A DNA stretch of 64,000 nt from Sphagnum compactum (GCA_965153455.1 OZ234494.1:5270001-5334000); one strand, 5' to 3'; positions 1-15,200 are shown, numbered from the stretch's first letter. Translations and numbers: made by a program. Notes: generated by a model not told the origin, from the sequence alone.

Positions 1-2170
1 TGCAAGATGGTGGCGGCTTAAACTATTTAAAAAACCATTGACACCTTTTACTTATAAAATGAATGTATAATCAAAAGAGGAGGACCTATGGAGCCCTTCA
101 TTGACTATGCCATATTGGCACATTGATGAAGGAAATCATCTACCTATTCATGTAAACATCCAAATATTTCTACTACTAGAAGGATGAAATCATCCTTAGG
201 GTGTTGGTTGTGATATGACACAACCTTTGCTTGAGTTGTAATCGTCACAATCACTCCCCAAGAAAAAGCGGTTCAAGAAACGAAATCTGCATGAATTGGA
301 TCAGTAATGACTATGTCTGCCAAAATGCGAGTACATTTGTTGTAAGCACAATATCCATTCATCGCCATGATGATTGGAGAGATGGTGTTGAGAGAACATG
401 TGTTTGTTTACGCAAAACATGGAACTTGACATCTTTAGCAATGGAGGCGAAAAAATATCAAATTGCATCATGTGTGGTTGTGTGTTCTCTCCCATGAACA
501 TAAGAAAGTAGGTGTATCCCTATCAAATTTATGGTTTGGTTGCATATGCATCGAGAAAAATCATAAGCCATGAGATGGGGGAGGCCTAATATGGTGCATA
601 GTGATGAAGAGAAAATGTCAGAGGACATTTTAAAAGATGGGATGACTGGGTGAATAAAAAACCAAGCACCCAAGTTTGGGCCTGCACAAGATTTCAACCA
701 AATGCAATGACAATGAAAGGAAAACTTTTAAATGATGTTGGAAAATGAGATGAATGCTTATGCACGTCTTTGATATGTTTTCTTAAAGATGATCCACTAT
801 TATTTCTAATAGTTGCTCAAATGGTGGGATGGAAGCTTGAACAACTGGAGTTAAAAGGTCACAAACCCACCTAAAGTGAGCCTGAAATGGAAATGGAAAT
901 GGACTTGAATTGCTAGCCTTTATAACCCTTAATAAAAATGGGTAGTCGTCCTACAAAAATTTGGATGTGATGATTAAGGAGACAAACCTTTAATTTTTCA
1001 AGTATATTATTGGGGCGATAACTTTTGGAGAGACAAAACCTATCCCACCTCTAAAGATGGGAAAGAAGCTTGTCGACAAACCAGGGGAGCCTCAAGACAT
1101 TCCAAAGAACTTGGCCTTAAAAGTCTCCCAAATACGTGAATGAGGGTCAAATCAAAGGAGGTTAGCTGGCATTAAAAATTTAGGAGTGGGGGGAAAAAAC
1201 GAAAAAAGTAATAAGGCCTTTATGTGAAACAATGAATGAGAATTTTGAAAACCACCTGCATATCTTCAACTTAGGAAAGGCATTTGTGTGTTGAACATCA
1301 TCGTTCAAATCAACTTTGAGAAAATAAGATGTGAAGGAAAGGGACCCTAAAGGAACACCCAAAACCTTAATGTCCCTAGCAAAAGTATAGATACATGATG
1401 GAGGCAAGAACTTGAAGGTAACCCTAAAGGAGGCCAAACAACACACTTGTGGGGCTAAACCGCAAGGCCTACCAAATATAACTAGGAAGAAAACTGATGA
1501 ATAACTTAGAAGACAATTGAAGCAAGTTCAATGATGTGGGTGTCATTTACAATGGAAGGAAACAAACAAGATGGGAAAAGGGGAGTCGAATTATGAAGTG
1601 CGCAGAAATGAGTTAGGGTAAAAAGAGGACCACCCAAAAGATCCCCCTGACAAGTTCCAATGGAGGATTAAATAACAAATAGATGGCCCTTAAGGGGACG
1701 GTGATGAAAGAAAACCTTACAGGAAACAATGTTGAAAGCATTTGCAATGTCTACCTGCAACACCACCCAATCAAGGTGATCATTTAAGGTTGCCCGAATA
1801 TTGTGCACCATTGTTTCATAGCCTCCCTTGACTACAACCCCAAATTGGTGGGGAAATAAATGAGCGATAATGCATTGCAAAATTGGAAGCAAAAGGTGCT
1901 ACTCACCAATCAATAAAAAACCTCACCTATTGCTATTGGCCAAATGCCACCAAAAGGCTTGGCCAAAATTAATAGCTTAATAACACCAAAGGCCTTGGCT
2001 ACTTTCGAAGATATGCCTTCCAACAGCAGAAGAAAGAATAAATAACTAGGAAAAGTCATTAGCTGAGTCTTTTAGGTTAAACAATTCTCGAAGGTGCTTA
2101 AATTTCATGCCTAAAGATCTTTCAATTGAAAGATGAGTTGAATGGATGAATGCTAACCTAAACATGATTT
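1..2170 (-). mobile_element. Decayed CRE-type (RT + restriction-like endonuclease) non-LTR retrotransposon, running off the window start
   Basis: Minus-strand frames give RT motifs HQFGVVVKGGYETMVHNIRATL..DWVVLQVDIANAFN (1668-1892) and IKVLGVPLGSLSF (1180-1446), then SCAGPNLGAWF..HGREHTTTHDAI and ILADIVITDPIH (C-terminal Zn-knuckle/REL region). Many stops and frameshifts. Confidence 0.75.
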
Positions 2171-2593
2171 TAAAAAATCCCAAGTCTACTTTTAGGAGGA
2201 ATTCCATCAAAAAATCTGAGCATGACAAAAACGAATCCAAAAAATGAAAAACTTACAAAACAATAATGGTCCTTCAAAAGGCTTCATAAAAACTTTACCA
2301 AAAAATAGAAAAACTTTTACTACTTAATTCTTGTCAAAATTCATGAGATTCGAACCCTCATCCTCTTCGTGAGCTTTCCATTGTGCCAACCAGGGGGTTA
2401 GTATTATGAAAATTCAGCATAAAAATCATTCATTATTATTATTGTTTAACTGTAAGAATTCTGAAATATTAAGTTTGAAACTGTTGAACCTTGTTTTCAA
2501 AAAACTTAAATAACTAAATAAATATTTCAGCATCACACTGCCAAACATCAGGCCTAGGTATGATAAATGTTTCAAGTGGTGGTTGGCTCCTTT

Positions 2594-2703
2594 AATCATT
2601 CACCTTCTCTCATTATAACTGATGGCTGACTACTTTGGTGGAAAGTTTCTTGGACAAAGGAGACAAGGTAAGCATCAGTTATAATTAGAGCAGGTGCATG
2701 ATT
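2594..2703. other. 110-nt fold-back, pre-miRNA-like hairpin candidate
   Basis: 2594-2624 pairs with 2673-2703 at 28/31 positions with no bulges; weaker pairing extends inside and outside the stem. Confidence 0.45.
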
Positions 2704-4127
2704 CAAAAAGGCCCTCTAGTACTCTACTAGACCAAGCAAACCTGGATGTGCAGATAGCCTGAATGCAGCAGCCCTGAACAAGTTCTTTAAAAAAACCTTC
2801 ACCATTGGATAAAAATTCTGCTTGCTCAGAAACACATTTCACAACCCATTTCAACTTCCATCCTGCCAATAAAGTGATGCCTGTTTTTACAGTACCATGT
2901 GCCTTTTAGCATCATTTGAATGTCAATTGAAATTTTGCAGTTGGCCCAAAAAAAAATATATATATATATATATATAGAAAAATAAATAATTTAAAATAGA
3001 ATTAAAATAAATAAATAAAATTTGCAGTTGGAAAAAGGTCAAAGTAGCTGAAGAATTGGAATCAGCTGCCCATTTTTGGCTGCAGGTAAAAAGACATTTA
3101 TCACATAAATAAGATCCAGAATCAAGCCAGTTGCAGAGGGGTTCAGCATGATTCCATTATTTCCTCTATAAGCAGCCTTTTTTTAAATATAATGTAGCCT
3201 AGGGCCAGTTTCCACATTGACAAAACATTATTTTATTTTATTTTTCAAAAAATGAATACTTTTCTTTAAAAAAATTGAAATTATATCATCTACTATAATA
3301 TTGTGATATGTGAGTAGTGAAATTATGCAGAGTGTAGCCTATGATAATTATAATGATTTTCAAACATTTCAACTTCATATTTTTCACAAACTTTCACTTA
3401 ACTATTTTGAGGATTATTTAATGTCACAAACTGACCTTAGGGTAAGGTAGCATTCATTCTTGAGCAGAGTGATGACTTATAATTTTCTGAAAAAGTTGGA
3501 TTTCCCATATCCAACTTCCCATCAAGCAAATACATGATTTAGTTTAAGGGTAGCTTCTTCTTCTTTAGGAGGGATGTACACTCCTAAAGTGTGAGGCTCA
3601 ATCTTCTTCTGCTGGTGGTGGGAGATTTTGGGGCAAGTTGCTTGCAGGCTTCACAAGTGCCTTGCCTTATAAAAATAGGGTTGTAACCTGAGTTTTCTTC
3701 AGGCCTTCTTGGGCATGCATGCTTTAAGAATAATTTTCATTGTAAGTGGCAAAATTTTCTTTTTATATTAATTTAATGATAAATAATGCTGCAATAAATG
3801 ATACATCAGTTTTGAACTAAACTAATATAAAATAAAATTCATAAACTTTTAGAAATGTAGTGTTGATATTAATGTAATATTTATTGCTTTACACTTGCAC
3901 CGATTAAAAATTCCAACAAATCCAAGGCAATGAATTTGTTTAACGCAGTTGAATATTATCCCGCCATAAATAATGACAAATTCGCGAGGTAACAAGGGTT
4001 TTTCCGTCACTCTACTACTTTTAATAGGAAAGTGCTTATGGGTACTATGGTGGAGATGGTTTAAGTAGGGACAAGAAGGTCTCTCCCACTTTTAAAGAAT
4101 ATGAATAAGGCCCATTTTACACTAGGT

Positions 4128-4330
4128 GTCAAGGCCAAGGTTGGATTCAAATCAAGCATTCCTATTGGTGCAATCACTGAAATCAGCCCCAAGGGCTTTA
4201 CACTAGGAGTTAAGGCTGGAAAAAAAAAAACATTTTTTTAATCTATCACTTTTTGGCCTTGACTTGGCCTCAAGGCATAAAAAGGATACCTTTCAACTTG
4301 GGAGGTCAATTTGCAACCCTTAGGGTCAAT
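4128..4330 (+). repeat. Dispersed repeat (second copy about 24808-24990)
   Basis: Shared blocks AGGCCAAGGTTG.A.T.AAATCAA..CCTATTGGT.CAA and GGCCTCAAGG..AAAAGGATACCT.TCAA..TGGGA...CAATTTGCAACCCTT in both places. Confidence 0.6.
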
Positions 4331-7300
4331 GTTGCTTCAACGAAATATTGTTGTTTTGATGAAATCCACATCATAGGATAAAAGTAAACTTTAAACCAAA
4401 CCTTATATCTTTTACTTCTTCTTCATATTCCTCTCCCTCTTGTTGAGCTGCTTTTTTTCTTGTTGAACTTATGTGTTTGTTTGTGAATGATGGAGGGAGT
4501 TTTTAATTTTTTTTTACTTTCAATATGACCATGGAAAACACAAATGTTACAAGAATCTTGTGTTTATGTTCATCCATGGTGGTTTGATTTGTAAAATTTA
4601 GTTTGAAACAGGTAACAAAGATGAGAAAAAAAATGATACTAAGAAAGAAAGAATGAAAACGTATGTCAAGTTGAAGCCTTGGTCCTTACTTTTTAACCTT
4701 AATAAATTTACACATGAACTCATTGGCCTGCAAACAAATAATATTTCATTAATAACTTAGGGCCGTACGATGAGTCAAGAGATGCTCAAATTTCCCATTA
4801 TTGGTTCAAGACTTTTTTGGCCTCAACTCTGAATTTAAAACAAAGCTAAGAACCCTCCCCCACCTTCCCCTCCTATGCATGGTGATTTATGTTTATTTAG
4901 GTTCATCATACCTTTCACCTTATGTTGATCTAACATTTGAAAAATGAACATTTACAACATTAATTTCATTAAATGGACTTATAAAAAACATTCAAATTCC
5001 AACATAAATCTCAATATTGTCATCATCGATTTTTTCCCAAAAAGTCCATTATAATATTAATGCCATCACACCATATTCCATGCCAAAATTCTCATTAAAA
5101 TGGGCACTCTATGATGGCATATTAAGTCCATATTCATTTTTTATGGATTGTTATATGTAATTTGGTAGAACATTGAAAGTCCAATCTATTCCAACAATTC
5201 TAATTTTAATTATGAAATTCATACCATGTGATTATATCATGTAAAATATGTTTTTGTTGAGTAGTTTTTTGTGGTAATCACTTTTATGTAGGTCCATGGC
5301 TAATCATAAATAATTTAATCTTACAAACATATGGACCATTACAACAAAAACACTTACACCTTAATGTGCTTTCACGCAAGTAGTTCAATTTCTCAAAATA
5401 CATTTTTGCCATGATTTGGAAAATCCTTGGCATTGTGGGATCATCCATGACATTATCCAATGTGCACCCTTAGGGTTATTTTTATTGCTTCCTATGGGGT
5501 GTCAATGAAAGGGGTAATAGATAGGTTAAGGGGATGCATTTGGCTATCCTTCACCACAAGTGACCCAAATCCCATTGGTGTAAATTCATGTTCTTGATAA
5601 ATTGAACTTGGTTCACATCACTCAACGTATGCAAGTTTTGACATAAAGGAATTGATATGGCTATTAAACATGTTTGACATAATGTTTGACACCCATAGGA
5701 CATCCTCTTGGGCCCATCTCCATGCCCCTTCCTACTTTTTAACATGTTCCCATCTAGCACATCAAAACCTCCAAAATTGTGGAATTTAAACCATATGCCA
5801 TAAATCCTTTCATTAATAACTTGCACCTTTTCCAATGATCCATCATTTGCATACACCATCAATTTATTAAACTTAAAATAAACAACATCACAAACCTTAA
5901 ATGTAAACATAATGTAGGTTATGGAACAAAAGTAGATAATTATTTTAATTCATTTGGTTTTGCATGTATCCATGACCATATGTCCAAGTCTTTTCTATAT
6001 GTCAACCACAAGTGTAAAAAACATCAATAGAGTGTTGTTCCAAATGTCCTAAATGTTCTAGTTCTTTCCAATCAAGAATAAAGTTCTCCCTTCCATTGAT
6101 TACCACGTTTTGCCTAAAACACAAGTATGGACAATGGAACACCAACATAAACCAAGTTTGTTAACCATTCATTTATGGGGTGGAGTATAAGTTCCCATTG
6201 GTCATGAACCTAATGTGTGCATTGCTCTATGCCCTTGACCTTCTTAGCCCCAACATACGTACATCCATCCTTTACTAGATAGACCTATGCTAGTATCCAA
6301 AAGGGACTAGTTCCTCAGAAACTTTTACTTCACATTATCCTTTTGCCACTAGCAAATACTCACACTTGAAGTTGTCCCATGTTGGAGAAATGCATGAATG
6401 TGTGAATGTACAACACACTCCATGGCACTTGGTACATTTGTTGATCTTTGCCATCATTTGGACCTTCTTCAATATCATGATACAAAAGGAATTCTAGAAC
6501 ATGCCCCACAAGCTTCGAGTACCTATGAAGACTTGGTACATGGAATTGCATTCCCAATTTAGCTACATGATTTGTGGATACATCTTACAATAAAAAATTT
6601 CCACCTTTGCTTCAATAAACTCTTGCACCATTCCTTTTTATTGGGCATCCCATTGATATATGAAGTTTTCATTGGCACATCAAACACCTATGTGTTGACC
6701 AGATGCACTCAAATCATTTAGTTCTTGGTCCCTAAACTCATGTTTTGCACCCTAGTTGTTACAACCACAACCATGTTTTTTAAAGTCCAAGTTCAACTCA
6801 TGGATTAATTCAACTCTTACACAAGATTATCAACCTCCCAATACTTTTGAAAACTCAAGAGTATAAACATTACACCCTTTTAGCTTCTTCTTGAATAGCT
6901 TCTATTGGGTTGCATTATGTTGGGCACACATTAAAAAAGGGATTTTGGCCCCATTTGCATACATTGGTCCATAAGTACACCCTTGAATGCAATGAACATA
7001 GTTATGAAGTTTGCTTGCAAACTTACACAAGAAGTCAAATTTGTGTTTTCTCTTCAAACTTCATTTCAATGTAGACTTGTTGTGCTAGAATCTGTTACAC
7101 CCAACCCCCTTCCTCCCATTGTATGTATTTTAAGTGGGCATGTTGTTATCCTTTTAATCTCCATAATCATCACATGTGGTTGTCCCAATTTGCAATAGAA
7201 TGGTGTTAGCTAACAACTATTTTAAAAAAATTCATGCAACATGTTCCCCTTGAACTTGACGGGCATTGAGCACCAAATCTATGGACCTACTAAAAAACAT

Positions 7301-10300
7301 GCATGTAATGAATGCATTATGAGGTGGTGTGTGAAAGACCTAGATTTTAGAATGTTTGCCATTGGGTGTAGATTATAAGTGATTATGTGAACATGTAGTT
7401 TTTGACATGGGATAAAATTTTACTAAATGTAAACACTTTAAGAAGTGTAAATGGGTGTCCTCTAAAGGTGGCATTTGAGGAATACTTTTGATCCATCCTC
7501 TCTATGCATGTGATGCAATTATTCTTGAGACCCAAACCAATATAAATTTTATAAAAGGATGATTAAAAATTTGTACATCATATATTGTTAAACCTTTTTA
7601 GGGATCATTGCCACATTTTCAACATCTTCTTGTGGAAGATCATCAATTTGGCTATACATTAAAAAAATCATGAATGAAACATGAATTTATTGTGCATGGC
7701 TTTGGGTTTCTCCAAACATTATAAACACCTAGATTAAAAACAAATCATAATGTTCCCAAAGTATTTAGGCCCACACCACCACTTGGCCCCAAACCCTTTT
7801 GTTCCCCAAAGTGAGTTTGTTTTCCTAATATAAACTCAACAACATTTTTCATTGCCCCCACAAAATATGAAAAGAGACCACAAAAAAGAAACCCACACCC
7901 CAAACCATCAATACCCACCACAACCCTCTATCACATAAACTACCAAAAAATTCTATGAATTCCATGCCATAATAATTAAATAATTTATTAGGTCATAGTC
8001 CCCAAACTTGAAATTTGGTTGTTTCATAAGGAACAAATAGCTCCCCATGTAATGGCTTTATCCCTTGTGGCAAGTTCATCCCAAAGTAAAACAAAGGAAA
8101 TGTTCCTTGAATGGACCCCCAAAAAATGAACTCACCATTAATTATTATAACTAATAGTCAAGTTCCCCTTACAAGAAAAGACAATAAGACAAATATCACA
8201 ACACAATTGCTTCCACCCAATCATCCCATAAAATATTACAACCAAATTCACAATTTAAAAAATCCTACCAAATTTAGATTCATATATGACTACTATTTAT
8301 TTATTTTTCAAATCCCAAAATTAGTTTGCTCTTTTTGGTTCCCTAAAGTTGTCATCAAAATAGCCCCACATGTGCTGCAAAACTTGGAATTATGTGACAT
8401 TGAATTGTAGTGTGCATAGATCACATGTAACTACCCAGCAAGCTATTGAGAAAGTGAAAACTTTAGAAATTTATTTTCAAGGGTGGGGACTCTATCACAA
8501 ACCCAAGGTTACAATTTATTAAATATTGTTATTGCAAGTAGTAGCGAAAAAATAGCAACTTGCCAATTGACTAATTCTTGAGTTAGCCTTAAGAGACTGC
8601 ATGCAAGATAAAGTAGACAATTGGAATACCTTAATAGTCAATAATTTTTCTAATGAAAAAATATATTTGAGCACCACTTTAACAAACCAATTCAAACATA
8701 CTTGTCACCTAATCTTTTTGTATTAAACTGTATCATTTAAAAAAAAGAGTTATTATAAACTTAATGAAACACATTTTGATTTCATAATGAGATTTAAAAT
8801 CTTGTTTTTATGTCCAAAAATATTTAATTTTTACGTTCAATTTTGAAAAGTGTAATATTTTAAATCTACTTTACCATGTCTTCATTTAGGAAATGTGAAA
8901 GGTCACATAAAAAACACATTGACTATTAGTATGAAACTATCTAAATAAGCTTTGAAAGATTTTAAAGAGTTTAAAGTTGAGGTGGGTAGGGAGGATAAAT
9001 ATTTTACATGGTCATTGCTTGGGCTCAAGTGAACTTCCAAGGAAAAAAATTTGTAGCAAATGATGGAAGTTATCGTTTAACAAGAACTATCGCCCAATTT
9101 ACTATTGCAACTTTTCAAAAACAAGGTGGGGCAATAGGTTAACTTGTGTTATTCTTGTCTTGAAAGTTGCACCCCTTAATTCATGTGTTTTTTCTCCTTG
9201 AAATTAACCTTGAAACAACCAACATTTATGTGTTGGGAGAGGTGTGTTTTGGTAAAGTCATACCATTGTTGTGAACCAAGGAACCAATCACATAATTGTG
9301 TTTACAAAGTATGTGGTCCCCTTTTCATGTTGTACTCATCTAATTCCTCAAGCCTTCTCCTTTTTTCAAATTTCTACATAAACCAAATTAAAGTGACTTT
9401 TCCTTAAAATAGTTTCAAGTCATGTTAACATACTAGACATATGATGTAAGGAGCACTAGTTGTTGGAAACATCAAGGAAAATTCAGTTACATTGACTTGT
9501 AACATTAATAGATTAGTTGTAAATGGTATGTTTGTTTTTACATTATTACTAAGTTTGGCAATCGAAAGTTGTTGTAAAGGGACAAATGGTTGGAAGAACA
9601 CAATAGGTAATGGGCATCAACTTACATGCACGTGGATTTGAGTGCATGGAGATTTTAGTGTGCATAAATTTGAATGTGTTGAGCTTGGTGGCAACAAGGT
9701 GTTGTAAAAGGATGAAGTGTTGAAAGAGATCAACAACTTTTAGGCTGAACATCAACACATTGTGTGAGGACCAATTGGATGTGTGTAGATCAAAAAGTGT
9801 ACCAAACTTGGTAATCACAATTTGATGTTCTTTTAGAAGAGCAAACATTTGGAAGCATGTGAGAAGTAAAAACTTATCACATGCAAACTTGAATGTTTTA
9901 TTAAATGTCAATGAAGTGATTTACTTTGCTTATTCATCCTCACACACTTGCTTTGCCACATGGTCTATCTCCCCTTGGAGATTGCAATGTTGTCAAACAA
10001 GTCCTCTTGTTCATGTTCTTACACAATTAAGTTTTGTCATTAAAAGGGAGAGGTAAAAACAAGCTCACATATATAATTAAAAGAAGCTTAAACAATAATG
10101 ATGCACACAAAAGCTTTTCACCTTAAACTTTTGCATCATTATGACTTTCTCATGTGGATCCACGATTATATACATGTGTAATGGCAATTTGTGTAACATG
10201 TATACATATATGCACATTATCAATTTATATGTATTGTATACATGGTAGCATGGATGTAACATTGTTGTTTGTGTAACATTTTTTCATGGCTCCATGCATG

Positions 10301-12289
10301 TTATTCTTAGGTTGAAGTACAAGCATCATGGTGTGACATGAAAAATAGTCAAATTGCAACATATTCTTGTTCCATGATAATAGTAAGACCAAGATAAGCT
10401 TAATTAATGAGAAGTTAAAAAAAATTCACTATTTAACTATAAAATTAGCTTCAAAGTTGATATGAGGTCCCAACCTAATTTGACAATACTTGGCCTTTGA
10501 TTTTACGTGCACACCATTACAATCATGGACACATATAATGTGAAGGTTAGCAAATCATCATTGTCTTGGGTTTTGGTAAAGGAAAACACAATCAATGTTC
10601 AATCAATGTTGGAATATTGGTTTTTTTGTCAATCCCAAATTATTTTACTATCATGATATTTTGTATTGTCAAATATATCTTAATTTCATAACCAATTATT
10701 AATTTATCAAAATTCAAAAATATATATCAATAAATAAAACTACAAGACATCTATACGAGAGAGATTTTTTCATAAGTTTATTCAACCTTGATTTCAAGAC
10801 ATCTGAATTCATTCTTACAAAATTGTGTTCAAAATATTTTATTTGGTTTGAAATTTTGGGCAAGCAAAAAAAATTCTTTGTTTTCTTTTTGGAAATCCTT
10901 CCATTTTAGTTAAAAGGAGGCAATGGAAGGCAACAATGGTGAGTCATCAATGGAGATGTCAACAAACACCCAAACAAATCTTGCAAGGAGGGTTCTTTAT
11001 TTGACTTTTCAATGTTGGTAGCAAATTGAGTTGTAGGAGGCAATGGCAATGGAGGTCAAATTAGTGACGGTTTGGAGGTTGCACGCATTGAGACTATGTG
11101 AAGAGTTTTTGGGGTCACTAGTTTCAACTTTCATCCTTAGTTTGGCCCTCGATTTTGCCTTGTGTCATTTTTCTTTTGATTTTTAATTTAAAAATTTGTC
11201 TTTTAAAAAAAATTTGTCCTTAGTTTTTTTTTCAATCCCCCCATGCAGTTTTTTCTTTCGTTCCTAGTATTTAGTTTTCTCCCTAGTTTTTCAAATCCAC
11301 CAATTGTTTTTATACTTATTTTTTATTTAAATTTTTTTTGACTATTTGTCTTTTGTTTTTCCTCTCCACCCTAGTTTCCCTTTTTGGTAGTTTTTCTTTT
11401 CGTCCTTTGGTTTTCTTTATTTATTTAATTTTTAAATTAAAAAACATAAATTAGTTATTTTAAGTTCATATCCCATGGAAGTTTTTTCCCCTATTAGGGC
11501 CTTCATTTTTCTGCTCTCCCTTCCTCCTTTTTAAGTGCAATCCCAATTGTTTCCCCATGGTTTCATCATGTTGTTTCATTTGTCCCCTTATCTTCATGTG
11601 TAGTGTTGGCCTCCATTTTTGTTTCGCCTCCATTGTCTTGTCATGTGGTGTTTTGTAAAGCTTGTTTCTAAATTGATCTTTTAACTATTTGTAAAAGTTT
11701 GAGTCCAACCCTTCCCCAATGTGATGTCCCTTGTTTTGCATGTGGGGCCTTATTTTCATGCCTAGGCTTGACTTATCACCAAAAACATTGTCAAACTTCT
11801 GAAGTTTTATCCTAGGGTGGCAAGGAGGTGTCCTTAGCCCCCATTCAAACCCCTTCCCCTCCCTTGTTGGCTTAGGCTTGGTTATTGAGCTTAAACCCCT
11901 TTGGAACATTTCATTTAGGATTCCTACATCCATGTTTATATTTGTGTATATTAGTAGTTTTGAGGCACGAGGTGCATATTTTTTTCATTTTCTTTTAAAT
12001 TGCCTAGCTTGAGACCCTTTCAAATGTCATTATTTGGCATTTGTTCCATATTTTTTCATAGTGGTGTTTTTTCTTCGTTTTTCAAAGGAGAATTGTTGGG
12101 CATAAAAAAACCAGGGTGTGTTTGTGACATTTTTAAAAAGGAAATTACAAGGAACTTTGGGAAAAACATTTATTTTGTGCCTAGGTCTTTTTTTTGTCAT
12201 TATTTTGAAATAGGCCCCGTTTGAAAGGTGAATTCCCTTCGGGCTCCACCTTGCCCCAACTTTATAATTTTGGATGAAATTTAACCTTG

Positions 12290-15200
12290 GGGTGTGCTGG
12301 AAAGTATATTCAAAATATTAAAACCTTTGTTCCCATGGCCTTGGGCCTCACATAAACTGAGAATGTTCATGAGTTATATACCTTCCATTCATTGATTTGT
12401 CATCAACATGCCCATATTCTTTCATGGAGTTTTAGCCGAACATAGACTTGGACCACTCTTTTAATTCTTTCAAGTTTGCACATCAATATGTCCCATCTTT
12501 CAATAGGTGGACCATTTGGCAAGTATTTGAACACTTTCAAGATTCATTTGACCTTGAGGACTTAGCTAGCAACTTCTTTGTGTTATTATTTATGTGTTTT
12601 TATATAGTGGCAAGGTGTATTTTTAAGAACATAATTTGAGCGTTGGGAGTTGTTTGGTTCCTAGCCTTGGTCAAAGCTTTTAGATGCATTCACCCCATTA
12701 TCATAAACAAGGTTTATATTGGTTGATGAGTAGAATTTCATGACATGTTTTCAACTCATCTATCCCTTCATTAGTTCAACATTAAAATTAAGGTGCATTG
12801 TAAGGTTGTGGTGCATGGTATTTAAGCAACCCTAGATCTACATATCAAGTGGGTGGTGTTGTAAGTAGACGTTGCAAATGCCTTCAACATAGTCTTTTGT
12901 AGGATCATTTTTCATGAGCTCTAAATGGATGAAAACACATTATGGGGGGGGGGGGGGGGGGGGGTCACTTTGGGCACTTTCATGACATGTATGTAATGTA
13001 TATTTTTGCAAAACATATTGCATTTAATTTTGGGTTTCACTTTTGGTGTTTGGGCTTGATATTTTGATTTTCACAAAGTTAATGATATCTAATATTATTT
13101 GAAAAAATAAAATAAAAATTAAAAGATTAAATTCAATGGATACTGGGTATATTCATGGTATATGCAGTATAATAAAACTTGTTTCTAATTTTGGACTACA
13201 CTAGGTTTGGGTTTGAATTAGTCAACCAAAAAATGTTTGAAATGAAAACTTTAAAAAATGACCCACCTCACATATCTTGTCATCTTCCATTTGAAAATGA
13301 TAGTTTGTCAAAATGTGAATTTTCCACATACTTATGGTCATCACCCCCAAAAACACCCATTTGTGATATGATAATTATCAAATTCTTCACATGGTTCATA
13401 AACTTATTCCAATCATATGGAATCACAATGTTTAATAAATACTAAAAAATTCATAAATACTAAAAGTCATTTCAATCATTTTTTGAGTATATTTTCATTT
13501 TTTAGTACGTTTAACGTATAATTTTTTGGCACAAAGATATTCTAACATCACATCATATTATATTAAAAAATATGGTTTCTTTGGAATTTGACTTATTTGG
13601 ATTATGACCTACTATAATATGCAAAAACATTGTGAAAATCCTTCATAATAATGATATGGTTGAAGTTCAAACATGGGACCCCTAAAAAAAGTACATGTAA
13701 CAACAATTTTGGCCCCCTTGTAGTGTGCTTTCACCCAAATGTGAGGTGGTCAATTGGCCCAATTCTCCCCATTTGTTCAAGTATTTTATGTTGCACAATT
13801 CCCCCTATTATTCAATCATTGTTCCCATTTAGGAGATTTCATAGTTATCCATTCTACCATTGGCACATGGTAAAGTAACCCTTTAGGAAGGCTTCCTTTT
13901 GCCCTAACTCAATTTCGGGCTTTGTATGATTTAGTGGACCTTTTCCCCTTTGGTTTGTTCCCTATAACTGATGACACTCACATCATCGGTCCTGATTTAA
14001 TGGTTCCTTGTGTTTTAGAACACTTGTGACCTAATTCGCCATAGCGGGGTTAACAATCCTACCTTGCAATTATGCAACTTGGTCCCTTTTTGGCTTACTT
14101 TTTGGCTTTTCCTCGTTGATTGGATTTTATGCCTTTGAAGATGGTATTAAGGTTTGAGGAGTGCCCTTTGGCTTGCTTGCCTTTACTTTTTTTTCCCCAT
14201 GAGGCTTTGGATGAAGATGTGCAACATGGAAAAACACTCTTGAGGTTAAGGGATGTCCAAGTAGCCTTTGGGATCTTTTTGTGGTGTTTTGCCCAAGTCA
14301 TATATGTTGTAAACTTTTCTCCCCCTTCTAAGCTTCTAATATTGTCAACTTTCATCCAAGTATTTTGGAGGTTTATAGGTCTAGGTTTGTTGGAGTGTTC
14401 TTAGGGCCCTTGGTTTGTGAACAAACCTCACTCCCCATTTCTAAAGGGTGTGTAAAGTTCATTTCCACTCAAAGCTTGATGGTTTATTTAAGGAATTGGG
14501 CTCTTGTGGCCCTAATCATTGCTTCTTCATTCTTTCATGATTATCATTCATTCTTGTTGAGCATGCAATTTGGGGATGCTTCCATTCCAAGCACATTTGA
14601 GGATGACATGATACTTCTTCCCCCCTATAGCCCAAGCTTGCATCCCCCTTTTGAAAATTTTTAAAATAGAGGAATGGATCACTTTCAAGAAAACATATTA
14701 GATAGATTGCATGAACATACTTTTTTTAGCATCATCTCAAACATGATTTGTAATCTTCATCATGTTCATTTGAGATCATGCATAAACCCAAGTTCAAGGG
14801 CATGGTTTTTTGCACACCTAACCATCCCATGATGTCATATGGCCTTTGACATATTTTTTGCAACATTTTGCACGAGGTTGGGCTCCTCCACCTAATGGCT
14901 ATAGATTTAACCCATTACATATGTGGCTAGCCCATAAATTCGATGAGGACACACCTTTTAAAATGTTCCCATGGAGAGGAACATACAATTTCTTACGATG
15001 TCATTTGAGATGCCTTTGTTTCTGTTGCTAGAGATGTTGAGCTTCATATATTTTTTGAATAGACACATGTTTTTTTAATGCTTTCACCTTTGTTTTTAAT
15101 CCTCGTGATGATGCATTGACATTGTGTTATCCATGGTTGGGGTTTGCACTTTGGTTGATGTTGTCATTGTCAATCCCATTCAAGTAGATCTAGTTTCAAG

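Noticed and set aside
2346-2388. Pol III A-box (TGGCACAATGG) and B-box (GGTTCGAATCT) on the minus strand; looser analogues at about 40630-40680 and 59903-59965
   Set aside because: Spacer is only 21 nt and no cloverleaf forms. At most a degenerate tRNA-derived repeat head, not a tRNA gene.
3289-4030. Helitron-like 5' ends (TCTACTATAAT at 3289, TCTACTACTTTTAA at 4011)
   Set aside because: No matching 3' hairpin-CTRR end identified.
5550-6750. Minus-strand ORF fragments that may be a decayed transposon protein
   Set aside because: Too degenerate to assign a family; no reliable catalytic motif.
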